A DNA stretch of 64,000 bases from positions 1,212 to 65,211 of the forward strand of contig CAZKYB010000002.1 of NCBI GenBank assembly GCA_964557045.1. Direction: 5' to 3'. The notes beneath the pieces were generated by a model. That model was given only the letters and a program-made list of their open reading frames with translations. It searched no databases and was not told the origin of the DNA. This DNA is from an uncultured archaeon. Lineage in GTDB: Archaea; Iainarchaeota; Iainarchaeia; Iainarchaeales; VGJJ01. Both the position numbers and the translations under genes were made by a program. Position 1 is the first letter of the stretch, and every line of letters starts with the position of its first letter. Of the stretch, positions 17,857 through 26,328 are shown piece by piece.

Positions 17857-18960
17857 TTATTTCTCCTTTTGAATCACAAACACGCGCTCATTGGTTTTCC
17901 CTACAAAACCAGAGTGGCGCTGATACGCATCGAGGGTGCGCGCCACGATATTGTCCACGAGCTCAAATCCTAATTCTACACTCGCATCCACGAGCATCGC
18001 ATCGGAATGGACCACCCGATCGGGAAACGCCCCTCCCGCGACATTAATCACGGCCTTCCCGCCCGGAACCAGCACCCGGTGGAGCTGCTTCAATACCTGC
18101 GACATGTCCTTCATGTACGCATCCACAATGGGGAGGTCACTCCCCCCAGCAGTGTCATGAACATCCTTCCCTACGAACGAACGCAATTGTGTTTTGGGAT
18201 CTTCGAAAAATAATGCGAGCTCCAGCTTGTACGCCGAAGCATACTCAATCTTGTTCAGGTAGGGAGGAGAAGTAATTACGCTTGAAATGGTGTTTTTTCC
18301 AATCTTCTTCAGCATGCGAGCGTCATCTTCGATTACTTGAGGGGCGGGTCCAAGAATTTGCCCCTTTTGAAGATCCTTAAGCATGAATTCAAGCTTTTGG
18401 AACCAGAACTTCTTGATGGGCTTGTACCCCTTGCTTGAGGAACGACGCAAACTCGCGCCCATCCGTTCCACATTCGACGCACGCAGGGTGGAATCAATCA
18501 ACGCAAGGAGGGCCAAATCATGTAAAGGAGACATTTTGTATTCATGATCGAGGAATTTCTTCACTGTCAACAATTCACGAAATGTTTGGTTGTGAAACCG
18601 CTTCGCCACCCAACTATCCACTCGCCCTTCGCGTGGAAAATTAAATTCTGTTTTTTTTAGCTGAGCAAACTCTTCCTTCAGCTCGTTCACATCATAGTCT
18701 CTCGTTTTGGTTTCCGAAACAAATCGTGCGAGGGGAGACACGTCACATCCAATCGAGTCTAGTCCATTTTCCTTGCACGCAAGTAAGGTGGTGCCCACCC
18801 CGCAGAAGGGATCCAAAACGGGACCCTCCAGCGAATAGTTTTGAATCGCCCACTCCACGAAGGGCTTGGAATATCCTTCTCGGTAGTAGAACCAGCGATG
18901 AATGGGAATGTTCTTGTTCGGAGAAAACGTCACCAATTCGGAAAGGGGATGGGCCGCCAT
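17857..18960 (-). CDS. DNA methyltransferase (N6-adenine/N4-cytosine family, ParB-like N-terminal region), apparently orphan.
   Basis: SAM-binding DPFCGVGTT and catalytic SPPY (ITSPPYLNK). No restriction endonuclease candidate is adjacent. Confidence 0.8.
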   Translation of the reverse strand: MAAHPLSELVTFSPNKNIPIHRWFYYREGYSKPFVEWAIQNYSLEGPVLDPFCGVGTTLLACKENGLDSIGCDVSPLARFVSETKTRDYDVNELKEEFAQLKKTEFNFPREGRVDSWVAKRFHNQTFRELLTVKKFLDHEYKMSPLHDLALLALIDSTLRASNVERMGASLRRSSSKGYKPIKKFWFQKLEFMLKDLQKGQILGPAPQVIEDDARMLKKIGKNTISSVITSPPYLNKIEYASAYKLELALFFEDPKTQLRSFVGKDVHDTAGGSDLPIVDAYMKDMSQVLKQLHRVLVPGGKAVINVAGGAFPDRVVHSDAMLVDASVELGFELVDNIVARTLDAYQRHSGFVGKTNERVFVIQKEK

Positions 18961-18990
18961 ACCCTGCTCTTGGAAGGCGGGCTTTTAACC

Positions 18991-19009
18991 CTATTTTGAG
19001 GCAAAATAG
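18991..19009. promoter_or_regulatory. Perfect 8-bp inverted repeat (ctattttg agg caaaatag), A/T-rich, between the divergent methyltransferase and tRNA-Val. Candidate bidirectional TATA or operator element.
   Basis: Read directly. CTATTTTG and its reverse complement CAAAATAG flank a 3-nt spacer and sit 12 nt upstream of tRNA-Val. Confidence 0.3.
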
Positions 19010-19020
19010 TGCGACGGTTG

Positions 19021-19092
19021 GCCCCGTGGTCTAACGGCTAGGATAGTTCCTTTACATGGATCGGGCGGCAGTTCGACTCTGCCCGGGGCCAC
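19021..19092 (+). tRNA. tRNA-Val (anticodon TAC).
   Basis: Manual fold: acceptor GGCCCCG/CGGGGCC, anticodon loop TTTACAT, T-arm GGCAG-TTCGACT-CTGCC, discriminator A. There is one T-T mismatch in the anticodon stem, and the variable loop is only 4 nt. Confidence 0.6.
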
Positions 19093-19130
19093 TCGAAAAT
19101 GATATAAGTGAACAATCCCTCTGGGAAAGA

Positions 19131-19826
19131 ATGACCTTCTCCTGGAACCCCTACCTGTCTAACTTGAGACAGGCACTCTACCTCATCGAATCCGCGCGAA
19201 AGCCCATTCAAGGATTGCCTACTCCAAAAAAATTGGCTGATAGTCTCCCCACGATTGAAGAGGTAAGAAACGAGGCAACGAAGCAAGGAATCCCAATACC
19301 TGATCCAATCATTCAACCTTTGCTTTCTGCCACACGATCGCAATTATTAGATCCGCATCACATCGCGCGAGAAGCATACCCTGGGACTGTTGCACAACTC
19401 ATCGAACGGACGGTAAAAAATATCCGTGAAAGAAAAAAACCAAAGCTGTACCTCGCATTCTCACGGAAAGCCGAGGGATCCCCTCCAAAGCCCGCTCCAA
19501 AATCCAAAACCAATGCGTGGAAAACACTACGTGAATTCCTGATTCAACCGGAAAACTCCAAATTCAAAACATTGCCCGGAACTCTTTCCCGACTCATGAG
19601 CGGACATTCCCCTCGCACTCCACTCGAGGTTGAATATCAAAAACTCCTCCAACGAAAACAAATCCTCGCACTTGTGAAACATCGCATACAAGTACGCGAG
19701 GAATGGGCTGCTGCTTCCATGAAACGAGCCCGGGCCATCCAAGCCAACACATTCATTCCGCCCGGAGGAAAAGAAACCCCCGTGCCGCCCAAACCGCCCC
19801 TTTTTCGACGCAAGAGGGGAAAGTAA
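19131..19826 (+). CDS. Hypothetical Pro/Lys-rich protein (about 231 aa) immediately 3' of tRNA-Val.
   Basis: ORF-track 19056 start overlaps the tRNA, so start is moved to the ATG at 19131 (MTFSWNPYL...). No recognisable domain. The C-terminus is basic. Confidence 0.4.
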   Translation: MTFSWNPYLSNLRQALYLIESARKPIQGLPTPKKLADSLPTIEEVRNEATKQGIPIPDPIIQPLLSATRSQLLDPHHIAREAYPGTVAQLIERTVKNIRERKKPKLYLAFSRKAEGSPPKPAPKSKTNAWKTLREFLIQPENSKFKTLPGTLSRLMSGHSPRTPLEVEYQKLLQRKQILALVKHRIQVREEWAAASMKRARAIQANTFIPPGGKETPVPPKPPLFRRKRGK

Positions 19827-19858
19827 TCCCATATTAATCCGAGAACGCTTCCACTCTC

Positions 19859-20080
19859 ATGGAAAGCGAAAGCCCCAAGAAAGACAAGCCCGTCACGATT
19901 GAAGTACTGATGGAAGGGCCGAATGGGGAGCTCTACTTCCAACCCATCGAAGCCACTCCTGAACATTTGGAAGAATTAATCAAAGCAACTACCAACTCCA
20001 TGATCAAACACAACCTCCAGAAACAGCTTGAAAAGCTCCAAAAAGAGAGGGAATCCGAATCGGGCGATAACACCCATTAA
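19859..20080 (+). CDS. Small acidic hypothetical protein (73 aa).
   Basis: MESESPKKDKPVTIEVLMEGPNGELYFQPIEATPEHLEELIK.... The composition looks coding. No domain recognised. Confidence 0.35.
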   Translation: MESESPKKDKPVTIEVLMEGPNGELYFQPIEATPEHLEELIKATTNSMIKHNLQKQLEKLQKERESESGDNTH

Positions 20081-20108
20081 AAACCATCACCGGGGATTTT
20101 CGTACAGT

Positions 20109-20180
20109 GCGAGAGTCGTCTAGTGGTTAGGATCGAACCTTGCCAAGGTTTGGGCCCGGGTTCAAATCCCGGCTCTCGCA
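20109..20180 (+). tRNA. tRNA-Gly (anticodon GCC).
   Basis: Acceptor GCGAGAG/CTCTCGC, D-arm GTCT/GGAT with AGTGGTTAG loop, anticodon stem GAACC/GGTTT with loop TTGCCAA, T-arm CCGGG-TTCAAAT-CCCGG, discriminator A. Confidence 0.85.
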
Positions 20181-20188
20181 TTCTTTTC

Positions 20189-20260
20189 GCAGCGATAGTC
20201 TAGTGGTTAGGATGGAGCCTTCCCAAGGCTCCGACCCGGGTTCAAATCCCGGTCGCTGCA
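20189..20260 (+). tRNA. tRNA-Gly (anticodon CCC).
   Basis: Acceptor GCAGCGA/TCGCTGC, anticodon stem GAGCC/GGCTC with loop TTCCCAA, T-arm CCGGG-TTCAAAT-CCCGG, discriminator A. Confidence 0.85.
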
Positions 20261-20324
20261 TGGGATTTCTTTCTTCTTGAAGGGGCTTTTATAATCATTA
20301 TTGCGCGGGAACTCTAGTACGACC

Positions 20325-20396
20325 GCAGCCATAGTACAGTGGTCAGTATAGGGGCTTTCCAAGCCCTTGACGTGGGTTCGAATCCCACTGGCTGCA
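20325..20396 (+). tRNA. tRNA-Gly (anticodon TCC).
   Basis: Acceptor GCAGCCA/TGGCTGC, anticodon stem GGGGC/GCCCT with loop TTTCCAA, T-arm GTGGG-TTCGAAT-CCCAC, discriminator A. Confidence 0.85.
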
Positions 20397-20449
20397 CTTT
20401 CAACTTGTTTTTTCCAAACCGTTTTATGGTCCAACTCAACCATTAAACC

Positions 20450-20773
20450 ATGGCCTCCGAGAAACGACAAGTACGCCCACTCACAGGCATTCAAAAAATC
20501 GCCATTGAAAGAATGTGGCGATTAGATGAACTGGCGGCGGAGAACGTCCACGAACACCCCACTCGTGCACGAAAATATGTCCAGCTCATCCGCGGACTCT
20601 CCACGCGTTTCCGCGTGCCCATCCCTATGCAAATTCGCAACCGCTTCTGCAAAACCTGCGAAAACTACTGGATGGACGGCGTGAATGTCACGCGACGCAT
20701 AACGAATCACACGATGAACATGAACTGCATGATATGCAATACCCTCACACGAAGGAGAGTGAAGCCCCAATGA
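20450..20773 (+). CDS. rnp4: RNase P protein subunit Rpp21/Rnp4 (zinc-ribbon).
   Basis: IAIERMWRLDELAAE...ARKYVQLIRGLSTRFRVPIPMQIRNRFCKTCENYW...CMICN matches the Rpr2/Rpp21 pattern with its C-terminal Cys4 ribbon. It sits next to the tRNA cluster. A TATA-like ttttatgg lies about 22 nt upstream. Confidence 0.75.
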   Translation: MASEKRQVRPLTGIQKIAIERMWRLDELAAENVHEHPTRARKYVQLIRGLSTRFRVPIPMQIRNRFCKTCENYWMDGVNVTRRITNHTMNMNCMICNTLTRRRVKPQ

Positions 20774-21039
20774 AAAAAGACGCTCAACAAGTTTGGTTCA
20801 AGGCCAAACAATATGGATGGGGCTGGACCCCCATTACGTGGGAAGGGTGGGTGGTGACACTCGTGTTTGTTTTTGTGATTGTGGGAATCACCCAAACCTA
20901 CTCCTTATCCAAACCTGGAAACGTGATCCCCTTCACGATTGGAATGCTCCTCGCCATCGGACTATTGATGTTTATTGCCTCCACGAAGGGGGAAAAACCC
21001 TCCTGGAGATGGGGCGGGAAACCCGTGTTCAAGAAATAG
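20770..21039 (+). CDS. Small two-TM membrane protein (about 89 aa), unknown function.
   Basis: MKKDAQQVWFKAKQYGWGWTPITWEGWVVTLVFVFVIVG.... Start chosen at the ATG at 20770. Confidence 0.35.
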   Translation: MKKDAQQVWFKAKQYGWGWTPITWEGWVVTLVFVFVIVGITQTYSLSKPGNVIPFTIGMLLAIGLLMFIASTKGEKPSWRWGGKPVFKK

Positions 21040-21141
21040 CCCCTATCGAGAAAAAAGAGGCCCAATCCGGCCGTTTCTTTATAAACCCTCTTTAGTGGTT
21101 TAGGGTTAGAACGACTCATTTTTGAGTTGTTGAACGAAAAC

Positions 21142-21155
21142 GCACCGAAAGGTGC
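21142..21155 (+). promoter_or_regulatory. GNRA-tetraloop hairpin (GCACC-GAAA-GGTGC) in the leader of the S19e operon, downstream of a TTTATAAA TATA box (about 21078) and upstream of a GGAGATGA SD-like sequence.
   Basis: Read directly from sequence. A perfect 5-bp stem closes a GAAA loop 20 nt upstream of the S19e ATG at 21177. Confidence 0.3.
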
Positions 21156-21176
21156 AACCCACGGAGATGATTGAAC

Positions 21177-21749
21177 ATGGGCGTATTCGACGTTCCAACC
21201 CCCTTCCTGTTAGCGGCTACGGCTAAAGACCTGAAGGAACACAAGAAAGTACAGTCCCCCGCATTTGCGGAATATGTCAAGACCGGTGCCCACGCCGAGC
21301 GTGCACCGAATGACCCGGAGTGGTACTACACCCGATGCGCGAGCATCCTGTACCGCGTCTTCAAAGACGGACCGGTCGGAACCGAAAGCTTGCGATCCTA
21401 CTACGGTGGACGAAAAGCTCGCGGAGTAAAACCGCACATTCACTACAAAGCCGGTGGAAAGATTATCCGATTAGGATTACAGCAATTACAGAAAGCCGGA
21501 CTCATCAAGATGGGTGAGAAGGGCGGACGAACGATTACTCCCGCAGGACAGAAGTATCTCAATGAGATGTCCAAACTCGCCGCGGAAATGGCCAAGAACT
21601 ACGTCAAGAAGAAGCGCGTGTTCAAGAAAGGAACCAAGACTGACTCCGATGTTCGAGATGCCTTGAAGAAGGGCGGAAAGAAGGAAGGAGACAAGGACGC
21701 TAAGCGCGACGACGTCAAGGCCAAGAAGAAGGAGGGAAGTGAGGAATAA
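21177..21749 (+). CDS. rps19e: Ribosomal protein S19e, with a Lys/Glu-rich C-terminal extension.
   Basis: MGVFDVPTPFLLAATAKDLKEHKKVQSPAFAEYVKTGAHAE...YYTRCASILYRV is the S19e pattern. The first ATG is at 21177; the ORF track began at a TTG at 21171. Confidence 0.85.
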   Translation: MGVFDVPTPFLLAATAKDLKEHKKVQSPAFAEYVKTGAHAERAPNDPEWYYTRCASILYRVFKDGPVGTESLRSYYGGRKARGVKPHIHYKAGGKIIRLGLQQLQKAGLIKMGEKGGRTITPAGQKYLNEMSKLAAEMAKNYVKKKRVFKKGTKTDSDVRDALKKGGKKEGDKDAKRDDVKAKKKEGSEE

Positions 21750-22066
21750 TGAATGAGGAACAATGGAGAGCCCAACGCGAACAGGAACTGCGCGCCAAGC
21801 CCGACGACCAACCAAATGTCGCCGAGCAACGAATGAAGATGGCCCAGCAACTCGACGCGGTACTCTCTAGGATTCTCACCCCCGAAGCCAAACAACGACT
21901 GGCCAATGTGCGACTCATCAATGAGGAAAAATACCTCACGGTGGCGCAGGGCCTGTTAGGTTTGGTCCAGCAGGGACGAATCCAAGGGAAAGTCACCGAC
22001 GAACAAGTGAAATCCCTCCTCGGACAACTCACCCCCAAGAAAAACATGACAATCACTCGGAAATGA
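21749..22066 (+). CDS. PDCD5/TFAR19-like dsDNA-binding protein (the conserved archaeal neighbour of S19e).
   Basis: About 105 aa, helical, acidic or basic, in the conserved S19e-DNAbp-L39e-L31e-eIF6 order. Confidence 0.7.
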   Translation: MNEEQWRAQREQELRAKPDDQPNVAEQRMKMAQQLDAVLSRILTPEAKQRLANVRLINEEKYLTVAQGLLGLVQQGRIQGKVTDEQVKSLLGQLTPKKNMTITRK

Positions 22067-22383
22067 GCGTGAAAAAAACTATGAGCAGCCACAAAACAAA
22101 GGAAATGAAGAAATTCATCATCTCAACCCGAAAGAAAATAACCCCGGGATTGACGAATGCGCCCGTCTTCGCCATGCAGAAGAAACGCAAACGAATTTAC
22201 AACACGAAGGGAAAGAGACACTGGAGAAGTATCGACTTGGGCAAGATGCACAAGAAGGCCACCCAGCAGATCGGACGCAATATCCGCGGAACCAAGCGCA
22301 ACGTGGGAAAGGGAAACCCGAACACGCACCGCATGCACAAGAAGAAATTCAAGCGCGCGCACAAACAAGTGAGAGGCGATTAA
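22063..22383 (+). CDS. rpl39e: Ribosomal protein L39e, annotated as a single 106-aa ORF with an unusual 50-aa basic C-terminal extension.
   Basis: The N-terminal half resembles L39e (...RIYNTKGKRHWRSIDL, compare RHWRRTKL). The C-terminal MHKKATQQIGRNIRGTKRNVGKGNPNTHRMHKKKFKRAHKQVRGD has no stop before it. Confidence 0.6.
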   Translation: MSVKKTMSSHKTKEMKKFIISTRKKITPGLTNAPVFAMQKKRKRIYNTKGKRHWRSIDLGKMHKKATQQIGRNIRGTKRNVGKGNPNTHRMHKKKFKRAHKQVRGD

Positions 22384-22384
22384 G

Positions 22385-22810
22385 ATGGCTGAAAAAGAAT
22401 ACGTAATCCGATACAACGATGCGGTGCGCATCCCCCGAACACGGTTCGCCAACAAAGTGCTGCAGGCGACCCGCGCGTTCGTGAAGAAGCATACGCACGC
22501 CGACAACGCAAACATCCGAATCTCCGCCGACGTGAACGCGGCCATCTGGGCGCGAGGGATGAATCACAAGCTCAACAAGCTGAACGTGGTCATCCGGAAG
22601 AAGGACGGAAATGTATGGGTCTTCATCCCGGAAGGAAATGACCTGAAAACCTTCGAAAAAGCCGCGGCTCCCCCCAAGAAGAAGGAAACCAAGGCATCGG
22701 CGAAGACGGAAACAACCACTGAAAAAGTGGAAGCGGCCATCACGAAGACCGAAACGAAGGAAGCCAAGCCCGCGAAGACCACTTCCAAAGCTAAGGCGAA
22801 GAGCGAGTAG
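22385..22810 (+). CDS. rpl31e: Ribosomal protein L31e with a K/T/E-rich low-complexity tail.
   Basis: EYVIRYNDAVRIPRTRFANKVLQATRAFVKKH...IWARGMNHKLNKLNVVI is the L31e core. Confidence 0.8.
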   Translation: MAEKEYVIRYNDAVRIPRTRFANKVLQATRAFVKKHTHADNANIRISADVNAAIWARGMNHKLNKLNVVIRKKDGNVWVFIPEGNDLKTFEKAAAPPKKKETKASAKTETTTEKVEAAITKTETKEAKPAKTTSKAKAKSE

Positions 22811-22819
22811 TAGGATTGT

Positions 22820-23494
22820 ATGAGCATCAAGACGATCTCTCTGCACGGCTCCCCCTACGTGGGGATTTTCTGCTCCGTGACGGACGAGATCGCCTTGATT
22901 CCTAGTTTTTTGAACAGCAAAGACGTGAAACGAATTGAGGACACGTTGAACGTGGAAGCCATTCCTACGACCATCGCTAATTCTCATTTGATTGGCGCAT
23001 TATCGCGCGGACTCAAGAAGAAATTCGCGGTATCCTACACGATTGATAAGAGTGAGAAGGACCACTTGGAAAAAATAGGACTAAACATCCACCCCGTTCG
23101 CGGAATTACGGCGGTGGGAAACCTCCTGTGTATGCAATCCAATGCTGGAATTGCATCTCCTTTGATTCACCCGTTAGAGTTGGCCAACTTGGAGAAGTTC
23201 TTCAACGTCAAACTTCATGCCAAGAATATTGCCGGTAGCGAACTCGCTGGCTCCTGCGTCCTTGCAACGGACAAAGGATTCTTAGCCCACCCTAAAACAG
23301 AACCCCACGAAATGGAATGGCTGGAAAGCGTATTCCGCGTGCCCGGAATGACCACCACGGCCAATTATGGAGACCCCTTCATTGCCAACTCCATCCTAGC
23401 CAACGCCCACGGAAGTATTGTGGGGGAGCGAACGAGTGGACCCGAGCTTTCCCGAATCGACGAGGGATTGCACCCGGGGCTGCTCAACGAGTAG
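22820..23494 (+). CDS. eif6: Translation initiation factor 6 (aIF6).
   Basis: 224 aa with a pentein-repeat pattern (GSPYVGIFCSVTDEIALIP and others) and the conserved position after L31e. Confidence 0.9.
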   Translation: MSIKTISLHGSPYVGIFCSVTDEIALIPSFLNSKDVKRIEDTLNVEAIPTTIANSHLIGALSRGLKKKFAVSYTIDKSEKDHLEKIGLNIHPVRGITAVGNLLCMQSNAGIASPLIHPLELANLEKFFNVKLHAKNIAGSELAGSCVLATDKGFLAHPKTEPHEMEWLESVFRVPGMTTTANYGDPFIANSILANAHGSIVGERTSGPELSRIDEGLHPGLLNE

Positions 23495-23532
23495 GTTTAA
23501 TTGCATTATCGGACTAAAACAAGTAGGAAGGA

Positions 23533-24000
23533 ATGAACATGGTAACCATGAAAGAAATGGCCAAACCCGGCGAGAAACGACTCAACCTCAAACAGGTCCT
23601 CCAATTACGAATGGTGGAACGACGCAAGGTCAAGCAGCTCATCCGACAGCGACGCTCAACCGAGCGCATCATGCTGGAACACTTGAACGTGCGCGCCACG
23701 CTGAAAGAATTGGGAGAGAAAGGAAAAGTCGAAAGTTTGATCCCCTTAGGAGGAGGAATCCTCATTGAAGGGACCGTTACTTCCACCGCATTCAAGCGAA
23801 CCCTCCCTGGAAATGTGATTGTGAACGCCACCAAGAAGCAGGTTGAATCGGACCTGGATGAGCGACAGAAGATCATTGAGGACGAGATGAAATACCTCGA
23901 TTCCCGCATCCAGGACGCGAGCATCAACCTCCAAAGCCTAGACGCCATGGTTGAGATGGCCAAAGAGGCCCGCGTGCAAAAGAAACAGAAGAAGAAATAA
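23533..24000 (+). CDS. pfdA: Prefoldin alpha subunit.
   Basis: Coiled coil, beta hairpin (GGGILIEGTV), coiled coil. About 150 aa, in the conserved position before ftsY. Confidence 0.7.
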   Translation: MNMVTMKEMAKPGEKRLNLKQVLQLRMVERRKVKQLIRQRRSTERIMLEHLNVRATLKELGEKGKVESLIPLGGGILIEGTVTSTAFKRTLPGNVIVNATKKQVESDLDERQKIIEDEMKYLDSRIQDASINLQSLDAMVEMAKEARVQKKQKKK

Positions 24001-24012
24001 GGAGAACAAATC

Positions 24013-25230
24013 ATGTTCGACCTGCTCAAGAAAAAAATTGCAGGGTTCACGGAAAAGATTCTCGGACACACGACTGAACAGACCTCACCGGTGGCTCCGG
24101 CACCCGCCCCCACACCAACTCCTCAAGCAGCCACTCCCCCCGTAGTGGAAGAAAAGAAAATCGAAACCCCCACTCCAATCGTGAAAACCCAAAAGGTCGA
24201 ACGCACTTCCTCTCCCATAGTGGAGAAAAAAGAACTCCCAACTACGCCCATTCCTCCCGTGGCGGAGAAACCGGCCCTCGAACCATTGACTCCCACTTCC
24301 CTTCCAGAGATACAGCAACGAGACGAAAGGGAAATCAAGGCCAAAATAGGAGTGACGCAAAAAGTCACCAGCCTCCTCACGGGAACCGTTACCCTCAAAC
24401 CCGAGACCGTTCAATCATTCCTAGAAGAGTTTGAACTCTCATTGTTAGAAGCAGATGTTGAATTGGAAACCGCCCAAGCGCTCATCACTCAACTGGAGAA
24501 GCGACTGAGCGGGAAAACCATCTCTTCGCGAGACGATCCCAACACGATTATCCTTTCTGAGATCAAAGCGGCGTTGTATGAGATACTCCCTCCTTCGGAA
24601 TTAGATTTCGATCGACGCATAGAGACGCAAAAACCATTCGTCATTCTCATCCTTGGTCCGAATGGGGCGGGAAAAACCACGACTATCGCCAAACTTACCA
24701 ACTATTTGAAAAAGAAAGGAAAAAGTGTGGTGTTGGCGAGCGCGGACACCTTCCGTGCGGGAAGCATTGAACAGTTGGGGGTGCATGCGGAAAAACTCGG
24801 CGTGCGATTAATCAAACACCAATATGGTGCCGATCCCGCGGCCGTGGCATTTGACACGGTGAAAGCAGCGCAGGCCGAGAACGCCGACGTGGTCATCATC
24901 GACACGGCGGGACGACAAGACACCAACAAGAACTTGCTCGAAGAATTGAAAAAAATCCAGCGCGTGATCCAGCCTCATTTGAAAATATACATCGGAGAGA
25001 GTTACACGGGACAAGCCATCCTCGGACAAGTGGAAACATTTGACCAAACCATTGGAATTGATGGATTCATCCTCACCAAGTTGGATACGGACTCCAAAGG
25101 GGGAGGAGTGTTGACTATCCTTCATCGAATCAAGAGGCCCATTCTCTTCTTTGGTGTGGGGCAAGGATACGAGGATTTGACCCCCTTTTCCTTAGACGCC
25201 TTCCTCGACCGACTCATCCCCACGGCATAA
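24013..25230 (+). CDS. ftsY: Signal recognition particle receptor FtsY.
   Basis: Pro/Thr/Glu-rich N-terminus followed by an NG domain (GPNGAGKTTTIAKL, DTAGR, TKLD). Confidence 0.9.
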   Translation: MFDLLKKKIAGFTEKILGHTTEQTSPVAPAPAPTPTPQAATPPVVEEKKIETPTPIVKTQKVERTSSPIVEKKELPTTPIPPVAEKPALEPLTPTSLPEIQQRDEREIKAKIGVTQKVTSLLTGTVTLKPETVQSFLEEFELSLLEADVELETAQALITQLEKRLSGKTISSRDDPNTIILSEIKAALYEILPPSELDFDRRIETQKPFVILILGPNGAGKTTTIAKLTNYLKKKGKSVVLASADTFRAGSIEQLGVHAEKLGVRLIKHQYGADPAAVAFDTVKAAQAENADVVIIDTAGRQDTNKNLLEELKKIQRVIQPHLKIYIGESYTGQAILGQVETFDQTIGIDGFILTKLDTDSKGGGVLTILHRIKRPILFFGVGQGYEDLTPFSLDAFLDRLIPTA

Positions 25231-25255
25231 TACCCATACCACGGCACCCGCCGAA

Positions 25256-25723
25256 ATGGCTTATGCGCGTGTTTTAAGCATTTCCACGACTAAATTATGT
25301 ATGCTTTTTGAGGAAAATGTGGCTTTGCTCCTGAGCGCCCTGAGCGTCATCGTCACGCTCGGAATTGCCTGGCTGGTAGTCTTGGAAAAAGGAATCTCCA
25401 AGAGAGTCAACCTCCTACTCCTACTGGTCGTTTTCTATCTCATTGGAGTAGTTGGAAAAAATGGAATTAGTGACATCTTCTTCCTCCCCCCCATGACTCT
25501 TGAATTCAGTCTCATGGTGACGTTGATTGTATTTACTCTTTTGGGATTCCCCATGTCTTTCACCCCCCTAACTATTTTCCTTGCGGCTTTTGCATATATG
25601 ATTCTCTTTCCCTTTCACGCGCTTGCTGCCAATCTCATCATGTTGGCCATTTTCCTATTATTCTTCATACCATTTATCGTAACCACCGTGGATACCACCT
25701 ACAAGCAGTTCGTGCAGAAATAA
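25256..25723 (+). CDS. Membrane protein (about 4 TM), unknown function.
   Basis: Hydrophobic helices throughout. First gene of a small membrane-protein cluster. Confidence 0.45.
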   Translation: MAYARVLSISTTKLCMLFEENVALLLSALSVIVTLGIAWLVVLEKGISKRVNLLLLLVVFYLIGVVGKNGISDIFFLPPMTLEFSLMVTLIVFTLLGFPMSFTPLTIFLAAFAYMILFPFHALAANLIMLAIFLLFFIPFIVTTVDTTYKQFVQK

Positions 25724-25732
25724 TTCCACCAA

Positions 25733-25984
25733 CTAAATTCGCATCGCAACATCGCGGAAGAAAAAACTCCAGAGGGCATTTACTAGGTTCAGCGCCCCTC
25801 CCTCGAGGAGAAATTGAATGAACAACCACACGGCCACCAATAACAACACCAGTCGTAAAAACTTCGCCAAAGAATAATCTGGACGATACACATACAGCAA
25901 GAAGAAGAGAATGAGTCCCAGAAAGAGGATGGACTGCTGATAGGTCTCCCAGAACTCCATACCACTCCTGATTCCCTCACCCAT
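25733..25984 (-). CDS. Small two-TM membrane protein (83 aa).
   Basis: Two hydrophobic helices. It is convergent with its neighbours. Confidence 0.35.
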   Translation of the reverse strand: MGEGIRSGMEFWETYQQSILFLGLILFFLLYVYRPDYSLAKFLRLVLLLVAVWLFIQFLLEGGALNLVNALWSFFFRDVAMRI

Positions 25985-26010
25985 TTAAAGATTGCCCGCA
26001 CTCATACGAA

Positions 26011-26298
26011 ATGATGAAGTGGATTCTCATTGGATTAATCCTATTGGTTTCCCTAAACGGGATGCTCGCCCACGAAGTGGTGACGGGGGATCCGGTGCAT
26101 GATCAGAATGAAGAGCATCAGGCCGTCGGATCTCCCACCAACAGCCCCGGAATCGCTCAGTATACCGCCCAAAAAGAAGTGTCGAGTTGGGAGGACGCGT
26201 GGCCGTATGTGTTACTATTATTCCTCGGGCTTGGAGGTTTTGCCTTCGCCATGGGCATGGTACTTCACCCCACTGGAAACGGCAAGCGACGACGATAG
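26011..26298 (+). CDS. Small membrane protein with a His/acidic-rich extracytoplasmic segment (95 aa).
   Basis: An N-terminal TM, then HEVVTGDPVHDQNEEHQAVGSP, then a C-terminal TM. Confidence 0.4.
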   Translation: MMKWILIGLILLVSLNGMLAHEVVTGDPVHDQNEEHQAVGSPTNSPGIAQYTAQKEVSSWEDAWPYVLLLFLGLGGFAFAMGMVLHPTGNGKRRR

Positions 26299-26328
26299 AA
26301 ACAGGATTATAAACCCCTAAAAGTCAGT

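Noticed and set aside
19021-20396. Possible tRNA introns or split tRNAs, as are common in archaea.
   Set aside because: All four tRNAs fold as continuous 72-nt cloverleaves with 7-nt anticodon loops. No bulge-helix-bulge insertion is needed.
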